Part shown: one piece after another, positions 1-8,769 of the stretch | Layout of the letters: every line of letters begins with the position of its first letter | Numbering within the stretch: the stretch's first letter is position 1 | Origin: Candidatus Brocadia sp. | GTDB taxonomy: Bacteria > Planctomycetota > Brocadiia > Brocadiales > Brocadiaceae | NCBI GenBank assembly: GCA_021650915.1 | Contig: CP091279.1 | Span: forward strand, 3,360,001 to 3,392,000 | Length of the DNA: 32,000 nt | Direction of reading: 5' to 3' | Position numbers and translations under genes: made by a program | Notes under the pieces: model-generated | The model's input: only the letters and a program-made list of their open reading frames with translations | The model's database searches: none | What the model was told of the DNA's origin: nothing

Positions 1-1
1 G

Positions 2-214
2 GAACACGTTTTGGAAACCGTGACTATCCCCGATCTGATTCAGGAGGGGGATTTTGGGGAGTTTCTTGCCGTTAAGTTTTATGAGAAAACACCGCTGACA
101 TCCAAGTATTTAGTTGTAATATATAAAGAGGTCATAGATACCGACGGTTTTATAATAACAGCGTATTACGCTACGAAACCTTCTGAAAGGAGGAAAATAT
201 TATGGAAGCGATAA
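2..214 (+). CDS. DUF4258-like small protein, 5'-partial at window edge (putative toxin-like partner of next ORF)
   Basis: The frame is open back to base 2 (EHVLETVTIPDLIQ...), so the TTG at 11 in the ORF track is probably not the true start. It is a small protein with the 'YLVVIYKEV..DGFIITAYY' strand pattern seen in DUF4258 proteins. It overlaps the next ORF by 13 nt. Confidence 0.5.
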   Translation, partial: EHVLETVTIPDLIQEGDFGEFLAVKFYEKTPLTSKYLVVIYKEVIDTDGFIITAYYATKPSERRKILWKR

Positions 215-423
215 AGATACTTGAGAAGAAAGAGAACCTTAACTGGGACTATGATGAAGAGGCAGATGTCCTTTATATAAGTGTAGGAGAGCCGCAAAAG
301 GCGCTCGGCGTGGACATCGGGGAAGGCGCTGTTGTGAGATATATTGAGGCTACCGGCGAGGTTGTGGGGCTTACTCTGATAGGAGTTAAAGAAAGGGTGC
401 TTAGGAGTCTAAAATCTAATTGA
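202..423 (+). CDS. DUF2283-family small protein (putative antitoxin-like partner)
   Basis: The strings 'NWDYDEEADVLYISVGEP' and 'GEVVGLTLIG' match the hallmark YD..D.LYI / G.I.G motifs of DUF2283. It is 73 aa, and its ATG overlaps the upstream ORF. Confidence 0.6.
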   Translation: MEAIKILEKKENLNWDYDEEADVLYISVGEPQKALGVDIGEGAVVRYIEATGEVVGLTLIGVKERVLRSLKSN

Positions 424-424
424 T

Positions 425-725
425 ATGACACTTGCAGTTGACAAACCCATATTAAACAATCCTTTCGAAGAGCCAAAGGAATACTGGATTTATGATGAGG
501 GTCAGCCAAAAAGGATGCCAGGCAGAAGACCTGGCGGGTTACTATTTTCGCACGGGAAAAAGTCAAAACGAGCAAATAGGACTCTTTGTTTCTGTGGGGA
601 TGCTTACTGAGGGATGGGATACAAACAAGGTAACACAATTTTTGGTATTTTTTCCCTGTGTAATCTGCGAAATCTGTGGTTCCAAACGTGTTTCCCCGTT
701 TGCACGAGGACAAGTATTGGTCTGA
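425..725 (+). pseudogene. Collapsed remnant of a ResIII-type DEAD/DEAH helicase / restriction subunit
   Basis: Frame 2 gives an N-terminal string 'DKPILNNPFEEPKEYW..GRRPGG'. After a frameshift near 525-535 the text continues in another frame as 'AGYYFRTGKSQ' and runs directly into 'VSVGMLTEGWDTNKVTQ', a helicase C-terminal (TEGWD) motif. About 900 aa of intervening helicase are missing, and the tail is broken across frames. Confidence 0.45.
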
Positions 726-741
726 GGCTTAGCCTCGCTAG

Positions 742-1767
742 TCATTTATTGGGCTCGATGATAACCTTGATGGAATCCTTTGCCTCAGCAACTAACTTGA
801 AACCTAAGGCGGTATCGGCAAGACCTAACCTGTGAGTGATCAGCTCACGTACTTTTACCCTGCCCGCACGGATTAGTTCGATGGACGCGGCTGTATCATC
901 CGGCGGACCGGCGTAAGACATGATGATGGAATTACAATTGCGCCAGAGGTCCCAGAGATTCACGGGAGTTATTGCATTGGGTTCTGTGGGGGCAAAAAAC
1001 AGAATCGTTCCGCCCCGATCTACGGAGTTAAATGCCTGCTGAATAGCCGACGTAGCTCCGGTGCATACGATGACGAGGTCTGCCAACCGTCCGTTATTCG
1101 CCTTGCTTAAACAGGCGGGAACATTCTCTTTTGCGTGAATGGTTATATCTGCCCCGCATTGTTTGGCCATTTTTAAGCGGTAGTCAGTAATGTCTACCGC
1201 ACATATTCTTCCCGCCCCAAGGGCGCGCGCCAGCTGGATGTGAAGGAGGCCGGAGATACCGCTGCCGATAACGAGTATACTCTGTCCCGGATGCAGATTT
1301 GCTTTCTTTTGCCCAAGGAGGGTGCAGGCAAGAGGCTCTGCAAAGGTGCCCTCTTCAAAAGAGACCTCATCCGGCAGGATAAAGGTGCCGCGGTCAACAT
1401 TGATCTGGGGGATACGAAGATATTCAGAAAATCCACCGGGATAAAAATTGGTGGTACGTAAGGTGTCGCACACCGAGTACTGTCCGTTCAGGCAATAGTG
1501 GCAGGTATTGCAGGGCACATGATGGGCAACCGTTACCCGGTCGCCCACCTTGAAACGCGTAACTCCTTCACCGATAGCAACGATTTCTCCTGCAATTTCG
1601 TGTCCTAATACCAGGGGGGCTTTTTTGATGCGATACCATTCCATGACATCGCTTCCGCAGATACCGCTTGCCCGTACCTTTACCAGCAATTCGCCTGAAC
1701 CGATGTGCGGAGTTTGCATCTCTTCGATCCTGACATCCCTGTTGTTGTAATACATTGCTACGCGCAT
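742..1767 (-). CDS. Zn-dependent medium-chain alcohol/polyol dehydrogenase (threonine/sorbitol dehydrogenase-like)
   Basis: 341 aa. It carries 'ASGICGSDV' and 'GHEIAGEIVAIGEGV' (catalytic Zn site), a 'C..C..C.......C' structural Zn cluster (CNTCHYCLNGQYSVC) and a 'VIGSGISG' Rossmann motif. Confidence 0.85.
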   Translation of the reverse strand: MRVAMYYNNRDVRIEEMQTPHIGSGELLVKVRASGICGSDVMEWYRIKKAPLVLGHEIAGEIVAIGEGVTRFKVGDRVTVAHHVPCNTCHYCLNGQYSVCDTLRTTNFYPGGFSEYLRIPQINVDRGTFILPDEVSFEEGTFAEPLACTLLGQKKANLHPGQSILVIGSGISGLLHIQLARALGAGRICAVDITDYRLKMAKQCGADITIHAKENVPACLSKANNGRLADLVIVCTGATSAIQQAFNSVDRGGTILFFAPTEPNAITPVNLWDLWRNCNSIIMSYAGPPDDTAASIELIRAGRVKVRELITHRLGLADTALGFKLVAEAKDSIKVIIEPNK

Positions 1768-1812
1768 AGTGTTTTTCCCGTTATAAAAATCGCATAAACT
1801 AGAGAAAAATGT

Positions 1813-2610
1813 CTACTTTTTCTTCTCATTCTTCACGGAATGAAACAGGTCGCTGGCCTGTTTAACGGTCGCATTTTCATGGATGATGGCGCGCAGCGCC
1901 CTGATCATGGCTACCGGGTGTTCGTTTTGCCAGATATTTCTGCCCAGGTTTACCCCAATAGCGCCTTTGTTCATCCCATCGTGAACAAACTCAAACACTT
2001 CAACGTCTGAATTGGTCTTTGGGCCGCCGGCCATGACCACCGGTACGGGACAGCCATTCGTGACCTTATCAAAATTTTCGCACCAGTACGTTTTTACCAC
2101 GCGGGCGCCCAATTCTGCTGCGATGCGGCAGCAGAGCGCGAGATAACGGGCGTCCCGTTTTTCCATTTCCCTTCCCACCGCGGTAACGGCCATTACAGGA
2201 ATACCGTATCGCTCCGCTTCGTCAACCAGCTTTGACAGGTTGAGCAAGGTCTCTTTTTCGTAATCGCTGCCAATAAAGACGGAGAGACCAACCCCGGAGG
2301 CATTCAGGCGGATCGCCTCTTCGATGGAAGTGGTGAGCACTTCATTGGCAAGATCTTTCCCTACCATGCTGGTGCCGCCCGATACCCGGAGGATGATCGG
2401 CTTGCTGTTTTCCGGATTTATGCAGGAACGCAATACGCCTCGGGTGCAGAAAAGTGCATCCGCATAGTCAATAATCGGTTTAATGGTTTCCCCAGGTCTT
2501 TCCAGTTTTGAAGTGGGTCCCTGGAAATATCCATGATCTATCGGCATATACATGCATCGGCCGTTTGGTTTAATAAGCTGAGACAAGCGGTTTTTCATTC
2601 CCCAATCCAC
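1813..2610 (-). CDS. DhnA/LsrF-family class I aldolase (3-hydroxy-5-phosphonooxypentane-2,4-dione thiolase-like)
   Basis: 265 aa. 'DWGMKNRLSQL...DHGYFQGPT..LER', 'CTRGVLRS', 'VVKTYW' (Schiff-base Lys context) and 'GRNIWQNEHPVAMIRAL' track E. coli LsrF closely, from my memory of that sequence. Confidence 0.75.
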   Translation of the reverse strand: MDWGMKNRLSQLIKPNGRCMYMPIDHGYFQGPTSKLERPGETIKPIIDYADALFCTRGVLRSCINPENSKPIILRVSGGTSMVGKDLANEVLTTSIEEAIRLNASGVGLSVFIGSDYEKETLLNLSKLVDEAERYGIPVMAVTAVGREMEKRDARYLALCCRIAAELGARVVKTYWCENFDKVTNGCPVPVVMAGGPKTNSDVEVFEFVHDGMNKGAIGVNLGRNIWQNEHPVAMIRALRAIIHENATVKQASDLFHSVKNEKKK

Positions 2611-2730
2611 GGTTTTTTATCCTCCCTTAAAAAGTGTTGAAAATTATCCTGTTATTTCAGATTGCCGGGCATTTGATTGCCACCGGTTAAAAATGCCTTT
2701 TCCCCCTTGTAATGCTCGCCTGATCCGCGC

Positions 2731-3471
2731 CTAAATCCCGTCCCCGTCCTTATAATTTTTCATGAATATCGACATGATCTCTGATTCTGTTTCAGAAGCG
2801 GCATCATCCGCGTCGCTTGAAAGGTTTAACGTGTTTTCCAGTTTTTTTATCCGCTGTTTCAGTTTGCCATTTTCCTTTAATACCGTCATGATCGCCTCGG
2901 CAATAGGGTCGGGTAATTGCCCATGATCCAGCAAGGCTTCCTGTTCTCCCTTCTTTCGTTGTTTTATAATTCTGCCTGGCACACCGACTACCGTTGCATG
3001 AGGCGGCACGTCCTTCGTTATGACAGAACCGGATCCGATCCTCGCGCAATCGCCTATCGTTATATTCCCCAGGATGCAGGCGTTTGAACCTACAATAACC
3101 TTTTTGCCCAGGTTGGGATGTCTTTTCGTCTTTTCCGTCGTTGTGCCGCCGAGAACAACCCCTTTATAGAGGAGGCATCCATCGCCGATTACCGCGGTTT
3201 CACCAATCACCACGCCCATGCCGTGGTCAATAAATACCCCCCGTCCTATTTGCGCAGCCGGATGTATTTCAATTCCAGTCAAAAACCGGTTGATGTGTGA
3301 AATGAAACGGGATACGGTGATCCATTCTCTTCTCCACAGATAATGAGCTATCCGATGCAACCAGAGGGCGTGAATGCCCGGATAGCAGAGTAATACTTCA
3401 AATTTGCTCCGTGCTGCAGGATCATTTTGGAAAGCAACATTTATATCCTCGCGCAAACGGTCAAACATCAA
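2731..3471 (-). CDS. cysE: Serine O-acetyltransferase
   Basis: It has the N-terminal SATase helix region ('[15 protein letters not shown]...HRIAH.LW') followed by left-handed beta-helix hexapeptide repeats ('[32 protein letters not shown]'). It overlaps cysK by 4 nt. Confidence 0.9.
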   Translation of the reverse strand: MMFDRLREDINVAFQNDPAARSKFEVLLCYPGIHALWLHRIAHYLWRREWITVSRFISHINRFLTGIEIHPAAQIGRGVFIDHGMGVVIGETAVIGDGCLLYKGVVLGGTTTEKTKRHPNLGKKVIVGSNACILGNITIGDCARIGSGSVITKDVPPHATVVGVPGRIIKQRKKGEQEALLDHGQLPDPIAEAIMTVLKENGKLKQRIKKLENTLNLSSDADDAASETESEIMSIFMKNYKDGDGI

Positions 3472-4397
3472 AATTCCTTAAATAAGACCGTGGACAGATA
3501 GCGTTCGCCGGTATCGGGAAGCACAACCACAATCAGCTTTCCTTTGTTTTCAGGCCTTGCAGCCACCTGGAGTGCGGCGTGCATCGCTGCCCCGGAAGAG
3601 ATGCCGGCCAGGATCCCTTCCTGCCTGGCCAGTTGCCGGGATGCGGCAAATGCCTGTTCGTTCTTTACGGCAATGATTTCATCGATTACCTTCATATTGA
3701 GAATGTCCGGAACAAATCCCGCGCCGAGTCCCTGAATCTTATGCGGACCTGGTTTCCCGCCGGAAAGCACCGGTGAATCGGCGGGCTCCACGGCAACGAC
3801 CTTCAGCGATGGTTTCCGTTCCTTAATGACCTCGCCAACACCCGTAATCGTTCCCCCCGTGCCTACCCCTCCCACAAAGATATCGATTCTGCCATCCGTA
3901 TCATTCCATATCTCCTCGGCCGTTGTTTTGCGGTGTATCTCCGGATTTGCAAGATTTTTGAATTGCTGCGGTATAAACGAGTTCGGGGTATTCTTCTGTA
4001 GTTCTTCTGCCTTACTCACAGCGCCCTTCATTCCTTCAGCGCCGGGTGTCAGCACGATCTCTGCGCCAAATGCCTTCAGCAGGTCCCTGCGTTCTATACT
4101 CATCGTGTCCGGCATCGTTAAAATCAATTTATAGCCCCGCGCAGCAGCCACAAATGCCAGTGCAATACCCGTGTTGCCTGAAGTGGGTTCTATGATGATG
4201 GTGCTTTTACCAACCAAACCCGCCTTTTCCGCTGCTTCAATCATGGCGATCCCAATGCGGTCCTTTACGGAGCCCAAGGGATTAAATGATTCCATTTTGG
4301 CTACTACGGTAGACCCTAATCCTTTCGTAACATTATTTAATTTCACTAAGGGGGTGTCGCCAATCGTTTTCGTAATATCTTCATATATTTTTGCCAT
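3468..4397 (-). CDS. cysK: Cysteine synthase A (O-acetylserine sulfhydrylase)
   Basis: 309 aa. It carries '[10 protein letters not shown]', the PLP-lysine context '[11 protein letters not shown]', '[12 protein letters not shown]' and '[10 protein letters not shown]'. A strong RBS (AAGGAGA) lies upstream on the minus strand. Confidence 0.92.
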   Translation of the reverse strand: MAKIYEDITKTIGDTPLVKLNNVTKGLGSTVVAKMESFNPLGSVKDRIGIAMIEAAEKAGLVGKSTIIIEPTSGNTGIALAFVAAARGYKLILTMPDTMSIERRDLLKAFGAEIVLTPGAEGMKGAVSKAEELQKNTPNSFIPQQFKNLANPEIHRKTTAEEIWNDTDGRIDIFVGGVGTGGTITGVGEVIKERKPSLKVVAVEPADSPVLSGGKPGPHKIQGLGAGFVPDILNMKVIDEIIAVKNEQAFAASRQLARQEGILAGISSGAAMHAALQVAARPENKGKLIVVVLPDTGERYLSTVLFKEF

Positions 4398-4517
4398 GCG
4401 GTCTCCTTAATCAGATTCTGACAAAAAGCAAGTCTTCTTTATCAAGCCATTTGAAACAGATATACTATCATAGGAAGAAGTTATTTCACAAGAAATTTTT
4501 ACAGGTTTCAATTTCCC

Positions 4518-4545
4518 TTGACAAAAGTGAATTTATCTATAGTAT
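4518..4545 (+). promoter_or_regulatory. Possible sigma70-type promoter facing the rpoZ-like ORF
   Basis: TTGACA sits at 4518-4523, followed by a 16-nt spacer and TAGTAT at 4540-4545, in the 300-nt divergent cysK/rpoZ intergenic region. Confidence 0.3.
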
Positions 4546-4695
4546 ATGAAGTTTCATTTATCGTGTTTCCCGTTTTTTCATGAACGAATTGTCTGAATCG
4601 TTCGATCACTTCGTAATGGGGAAATACGATAAAAATGCGGGTTTTTTTAGGCATTTCTATTTTTTGGGAACATAATTCTTTTTACAGGTGTTACC

Positions 4696-4935
4696 GTGAT
4701 CTATAAAAATATCGATGAACTTGCAAAACAGGTTGGTGGGTCGTTGCGGCTTACGACGCTGATTATCAGCAGGGCGAGGCAAATTATAAAAAAGTCGGCT
4801 GTTCTTGTTGCCGTTGATACCGATGACCCGGTAAGAATAGCGTTTTTGGAGTTAATGCAATCGAAGATTAAATTGAGAGAGAGCGGAGAACAGGAAAAGA
4901 AAGTTTTAGAATCGAAAAAGACGGAGGGCTCATAG
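4696..4935 (+). CDS. rpoZ: RNA polymerase omega subunit-like protein
   Basis: 79 aa with a GTG start. 'VGGSLRLTTLIISRARQI' and 'DDPVRIAFLELMQSKIKL' resemble the two conserved omega helices (..R..L..L...RA.QL / ..p..iAL.Ei..gki). Confidence 0.55.
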   Translation: MIYKNIDELAKQVGGSLRLTTLIISRARQIIKKSAVLVAVDTDDPVRIAFLELMQSKIKLRESGEQEKKVLESKKTEGS

Positions 4936-5327
4936 GACTCTGCTGAAAAAGCAGAGGACATCCGGATTTTCAAAGTGTCTATGCTTTGTCTTGTTTATGG
5001 TGAGAGAGGGGATGTATTTCATCGAATCCGCGTATCATCATGAGCTGGAATTGTTATTTGCTAGCCTACATTCTAAACTGCCTGCCAATGAATATCGCAT
5101 CAAATCGCAAGCCTTAATTCCTTGTTTCATAAATTCCGGACGATCAAATGGGTGTGTGATGGTAAGGAGCGTGCGTGTGGAAGCGCGTGAAGCGGAATTG
5201 CAATCCGTTCCCGTGCGGGTGTTCCGAAGAGAGCGTTTTATATTATGTCTATGTTAAGGATGGATAAAAACCGGCTCCAGTGAAAAAAGATAAAAAGGGG
5301 TTATTCTAAAGGGGGAGTTTTGTATAT

Positions 5328-6281
5328 ATGATTAAAGTCGACCATTTGGCAAAACGTTATGCGGACGTATACGCAGTAGATCACATTTCATTTGAAGTGG
5401 AACAGGGGGAGATTTTAGGGCTTCTGGGACCAAATGGCGCCGGGAAGACGACAACGATGCGCATCCTGACCTGTTACATGCCGGCAACTTCCGGGACTGC
5501 CACGGTGTCCGGTTATGATGTCTTTCGTGATTCAATTAACGTGAGAAAGAATATCGGATATTTGCCCGAAAACGTACCTTTGTACCCTGAAATGCGGGTA
5601 AGGGAGTATCTTTCGTTCCGCGCAAAACTGAAGAAATTGCCGTACCGTGAGCGCAAGGCAAAGATTGGAGAATGTATTGAAAAATGCAGGATTGCGGATG
5701 TCCAGAATCAAATTATTGGCACTTTGTCCAAGGGTTACCGCCAAAGGGTAGGGTTGGCAGACACCCTTGTCCATGACCCGAAAATTCTCATCCTCGATGA
5801 GCCAACGATCGGACTCGACCCCAATCAGATCCGGCAGGTAAGGCAGTTGATAAAAGAATTAGGTGAAAGGCACACCATCTTGCTGTCGACTCATATCCTC
5901 CCTGAAGTTGAAATGCTCTGTGGCCGTGTCATTATTATCAACAAAGGCAAAATCGTCGCTATGGATACGCCGTCCAATCTGGCCGTTCAGCTAAGAAGCG
6001 GAAACAACATTTCCCTGGAAGTTCGCGGCAGTGGCGAAAAGATCAGAAATGCCCTGTCCGGTATCAGGGGCGTGAAAAAGGTCGTATGGCAGGAGAAGGG
6101 CGAACTGAGTAATTTTAATGTAGAGGCGGAAAGAGGTATGGACATTCGTGAAGACGTCTTTATGAGTATTGTAAAAAATAATGGCGTTATCCGGGAGATG
6201 AAACAGGCGTCTATTACCTTAGAAGAGATATTCCATCAGATCACTACGCAGGAACACCATGAACAGGAGGTAATGGCATAA
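5328..6281 (+). CDS. ABC-2 type transporter ATP-binding protein (GldA-like)
   Basis: It has Walker A 'GPNGAGKTT', the signature 'LSKGYRQRV' and Walker B 'ILILDEPT', plus an RBS (GGGGGAG) upstream. Confidence 0.9.
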   Translation: MIKVDHLAKRYADVYAVDHISFEVEQGEILGLLGPNGAGKTTTMRILTCYMPATSGTATVSGYDVFRDSINVRKNIGYLPENVPLYPEMRVREYLSFRAKLKKLPYRERKAKIGECIEKCRIADVQNQIIGTLSKGYRQRVGLADTLVHDPKILILDEPTIGLDPNQIRQVRQLIKELGERHTILLSTHILPEVEMLCGRVIIINKGKIVAMDTPSNLAVQLRSGNNISLEVRGSGEKIRNALSGIRGVKKVVWQEKGELSNFNVEAERGMDIREDVFMSIVKNNGVIREMKQASITLEEIFHQITTQEHHEQEVMA

Positions 6282-6992
6282 ATGACGAGTGTGGGTACGA
6301 TATTTCAGAGAGAAGTTAACGCATATTTCCTATCACCGATTGCATACGTTGTTATCGCAGTCTTTACGGTTTTCTCCGGTTATTTCTTTTCGATCATGCT
6401 GGGGATAACCCAGGAATCTACGCTGCGGTATAGTCTTGCCTATACGCAGTTTATTTTATCCATCCTGGCCCCCGTTATTACCATGCGGTTAATGGCGGAA
6501 GAAAACAAAACGGGTACGATTGAGCCTCTCATGACGGCGCCGGTTACCGATTTTGAGGTGGTGTTTGGGAAATTTTTAGCAGCCTGGGCGCTCTATAACG
6601 TGATGATTGCGCCAACCGCTTTTTATATCATCTTTCTGGCATGGGTTGGAAGTCCTGATTATGGCGCAATTATCGCCAGTTATATCGGTCTGATCCTGAT
6701 GGGGGGGCTTTTCACTTCTATCGGGCTGCTGGTGTCTGCTGTCACAAAAAATCAAATTGTTGCGGCTGTTATCGGCATTGTTGCCCTGCTTATCCTGCTG
6801 GTGATCGGTTTGGCGAGCACTGAACATGAAGGATGGTTTTACAACGCACTCAAATATATTGGTACCTATGATCATTGGGACACCTTTACCAAAGGGATTA
6901 TTGATACGAGGGATGTGATTTATTACGTCAGCTTTACTGCATTACTCATATTTATTGTTGTACGCATTGTCGAGAGCAGGAGATGGAGATGA
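6282..6992 (+). CDS. ABC-2 family permease (GldF-like)
   Basis: 236 aa and strongly hydrophobic, with about 6 predicted TM segments. Its start abuts the ATPase stop. Confidence 0.8.
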   Translation: MTSVGTIFQREVNAYFLSPIAYVVIAVFTVFSGYFFSIMLGITQESTLRYSLAYTQFILSILAPVITMRLMAEENKTGTIEPLMTAPVTDFEVVFGKFLAAWALYNVMIAPTAFYIIFLAWVGSPDYGAIIASYIGLILMGGLFTSIGLLVSAVTKNQIVAAVIGIVALLILLVIGLASTEHEGWFYNALKYIGTYDHWDTFTKGIIDTRDVIYYVSFTALLIFIVVRIVESRRWR

Positions 6993-8692
6993 GCACGGTG
7001 AATAAAAAAAAGAATGATTGGTTTGATCAGGCAAACGGCTATATTATCCTGGCCGGCATCATTGCGGTTGTGGCAGGCTTTGGCACATCAAGGATTTTCG
7101 ATTCTTGGGGGCTGTCGTCTCTTATTCCCATGGGTATCGGGGGGGCTGTTATTATCGGATTTAGTACGGTTGCAGCCATGAGAAGAAATTGGTTTTCAAC
7201 CGAGGCGTCCAGGAGAAAAGCGCTGGTTGGCACCAACGTTGCAATCATGTCCATCTTTGCGGCATGCATTTTTGCGATCGTTGGATTTCTCAATAACCGA
7301 CACTATGAACGCTTCGACCTTACCGTCACCGGGAAATATTCCCTTTCGTCCAAAACCAAAAATATTCTTAAAAATCTGGACAAACCCATTGTTATAACTA
7401 CCCTTTTTAATCCGGGTGAGATGTTTTATGAACAGATCTTGGATATCCTGAAAGAATACGCCTACCACACGGACAAGATTAAAGTGGAAAGTGTCGATCC
7501 GTTAAGGAATCGAACCAAGGTTGAAGAACTGGCAAAGCGTCTCAATATCAGCGATCTTCAGCTCAATACCGTTGTGTTTGAATGTGGTGAGTACAGTAAG
7601 CATGTTCAGCAAAATGAAGTGATCGAAAAACAGTATCCTTTTAAGTTTAAGGGGGAAGAGGCGTTTACTGAGGCGATTCTCAATGTTACCCAGGAGAAAC
7701 AAACGGCCATTTACTTTGTTACCGGGCATGGCGAACGGCAGTTTGAAGATTTTGACCGCGGAGGAATTTCCGGAATTGCCAACGCCCTTAAAAGGGACAA
7801 CTGTCGTGTTGCGCCCCTCGATATTCTCTCCTCGAAGAAAATTCCGGATGATTGCGAGGTGCTCGTGATTGCGGGGCCGGCGAAGGCCTATCTGACAGAA
7901 GAACTCAACATTATCCGCAGTTATCTTGAAAACCGGGGTAAGCTTTTGCTTATGCTTGAACCGGCGCTGAGCCCGAATGCACCCACGGGATTTAAGACGC
8001 TTTTGCCGGAATACGGCATTGCGGTTCGTGACGATGTCGTTGTCTACAACAAAGTCAATATGCCTCTTTTTGGCATTCAGACCGTTGCGGAAATCTATGT
8101 GGGCAAGGATGAATATGCTGAAGACCACCCGATTGTCAACGATCTGAAGACGTATAATACGATTTTCTTTGGCGCATGTCCTGTTGACGCTTCGCCTCCG
8201 AATGACCAGATGCCCTATCAGGCAACCGTGCTCATACGGGCGCCTGAAGGCTCGTGGGGGGAGATTGACGTTGCAAATTTACGGCAGAAAAAGCCGGAAT
8301 ATAACATTGACACGGATGTGCAGGGTCCAGTCTCTCTGGCGGTAGCCTCTCAGGTAAAGGAATTGCCAAAGTCGGTTACCCAGTCGCATCCTGCTATGGC
8401 GAATGACCCAACGGCGAAGCCTCAAGGCGCCCGACTGGTTGTTTTTGGAGACGTGAATTTTGCCACAAACGAATATATAGAAAATCCGGGAAATACCGAT
8501 TTATTTCGCAATTCCATTAATTGGTTAGCCAAAAAGGAAACACAGCTGGGAATTTCCGCCAAGCCGCCTGATTTCCGCAAGGCAACCATCAGCCCGATTC
8601 AGATGAAGGTGATCTTCTGGATATCAATTGCAGGCATTCCGGTGATACCCATTGTTATTGGCAGTATCGTTTGGTGGAAAAGGCGCCGCTAA
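6983..8692 (+). CDS. GldG-like ABC transporter auxiliary component
   Basis: 569 aa. N-terminal TM segments are followed by a large soluble domain ('YFVTGHGE', 'VLVIAGP', 'VVFGDVNFATN') and a C-terminal TM anchor. It overlaps the permease gene by 10 nt. The ATPase-permease-GldG order is the usual one for this family. Confidence 0.75.
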   Translation: MEMSTVNKKKNDWFDQANGYIILAGIIAVVAGFGTSRIFDSWGLSSLIPMGIGGAVIIGFSTVAAMRRNWFSTEASRRKALVGTNVAIMSIFAACIFAIVGFLNNRHYERFDLTVTGKYSLSSKTKNILKNLDKPIVITTLFNPGEMFYEQILDILKEYAYHTDKIKVESVDPLRNRTKVEELAKRLNISDLQLNTVVFECGEYSKHVQQNEVIEKQYPFKFKGEEAFTEAILNVTQEKQTAIYFVTGHGERQFEDFDRGGISGIANALKRDNCRVAPLDILSSKKIPDDCEVLVIAGPAKAYLTEELNIIRSYLENRGKLLLMLEPALSPNAPTGFKTLLPEYGIAVRDDVVVYNKVNMPLFGIQTVAEIYVGKDEYAEDHPIVNDLKTYNTIFFGACPVDASPPNDQMPYQATVLIRAPEGSWGEIDVANLRQKKPEYNIDTDVQGPVSLAVASQVKELPKSVTQSHPAMANDPTAKPQGARLVVFGDVNFATNEYIENPGNTDLFRNSINWLAKKETQLGISAKPPDFRKATISPIQMKVIFWISIAGIPVIPIVIGSIVWWKRRR

Positions 8693-8769
8693 TTCAGAAG
8701 TTTCGCGCAATACAGAGGTTCCGTCGGTCCATTTTTATGGTATTCTACGCTGGAGGAAAGAATTAAGTC

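Noticed and set aside
273-713. A 146-aa minus-strand ORF.
   Set aside because: It is antisense to the DUF2283 ORF and the helicase remnant, has a Ser/Pro/Thr-rich composition and lacks support.
4991-5257. An 88-aa ORF between the rpoZ-like gene and the ABC operon.
   Set aside because: It has a TTG start, no RBS and no recognisable motifs. It could be real, but I cannot support it. I also found no riboswitch-like structure in this 390-nt gap.
7502-8128. A 208-aa minus-strand ORF.
   Set aside because: It is antisense to the GldG-like gene, has a basic low-complexity composition and carries no family features.
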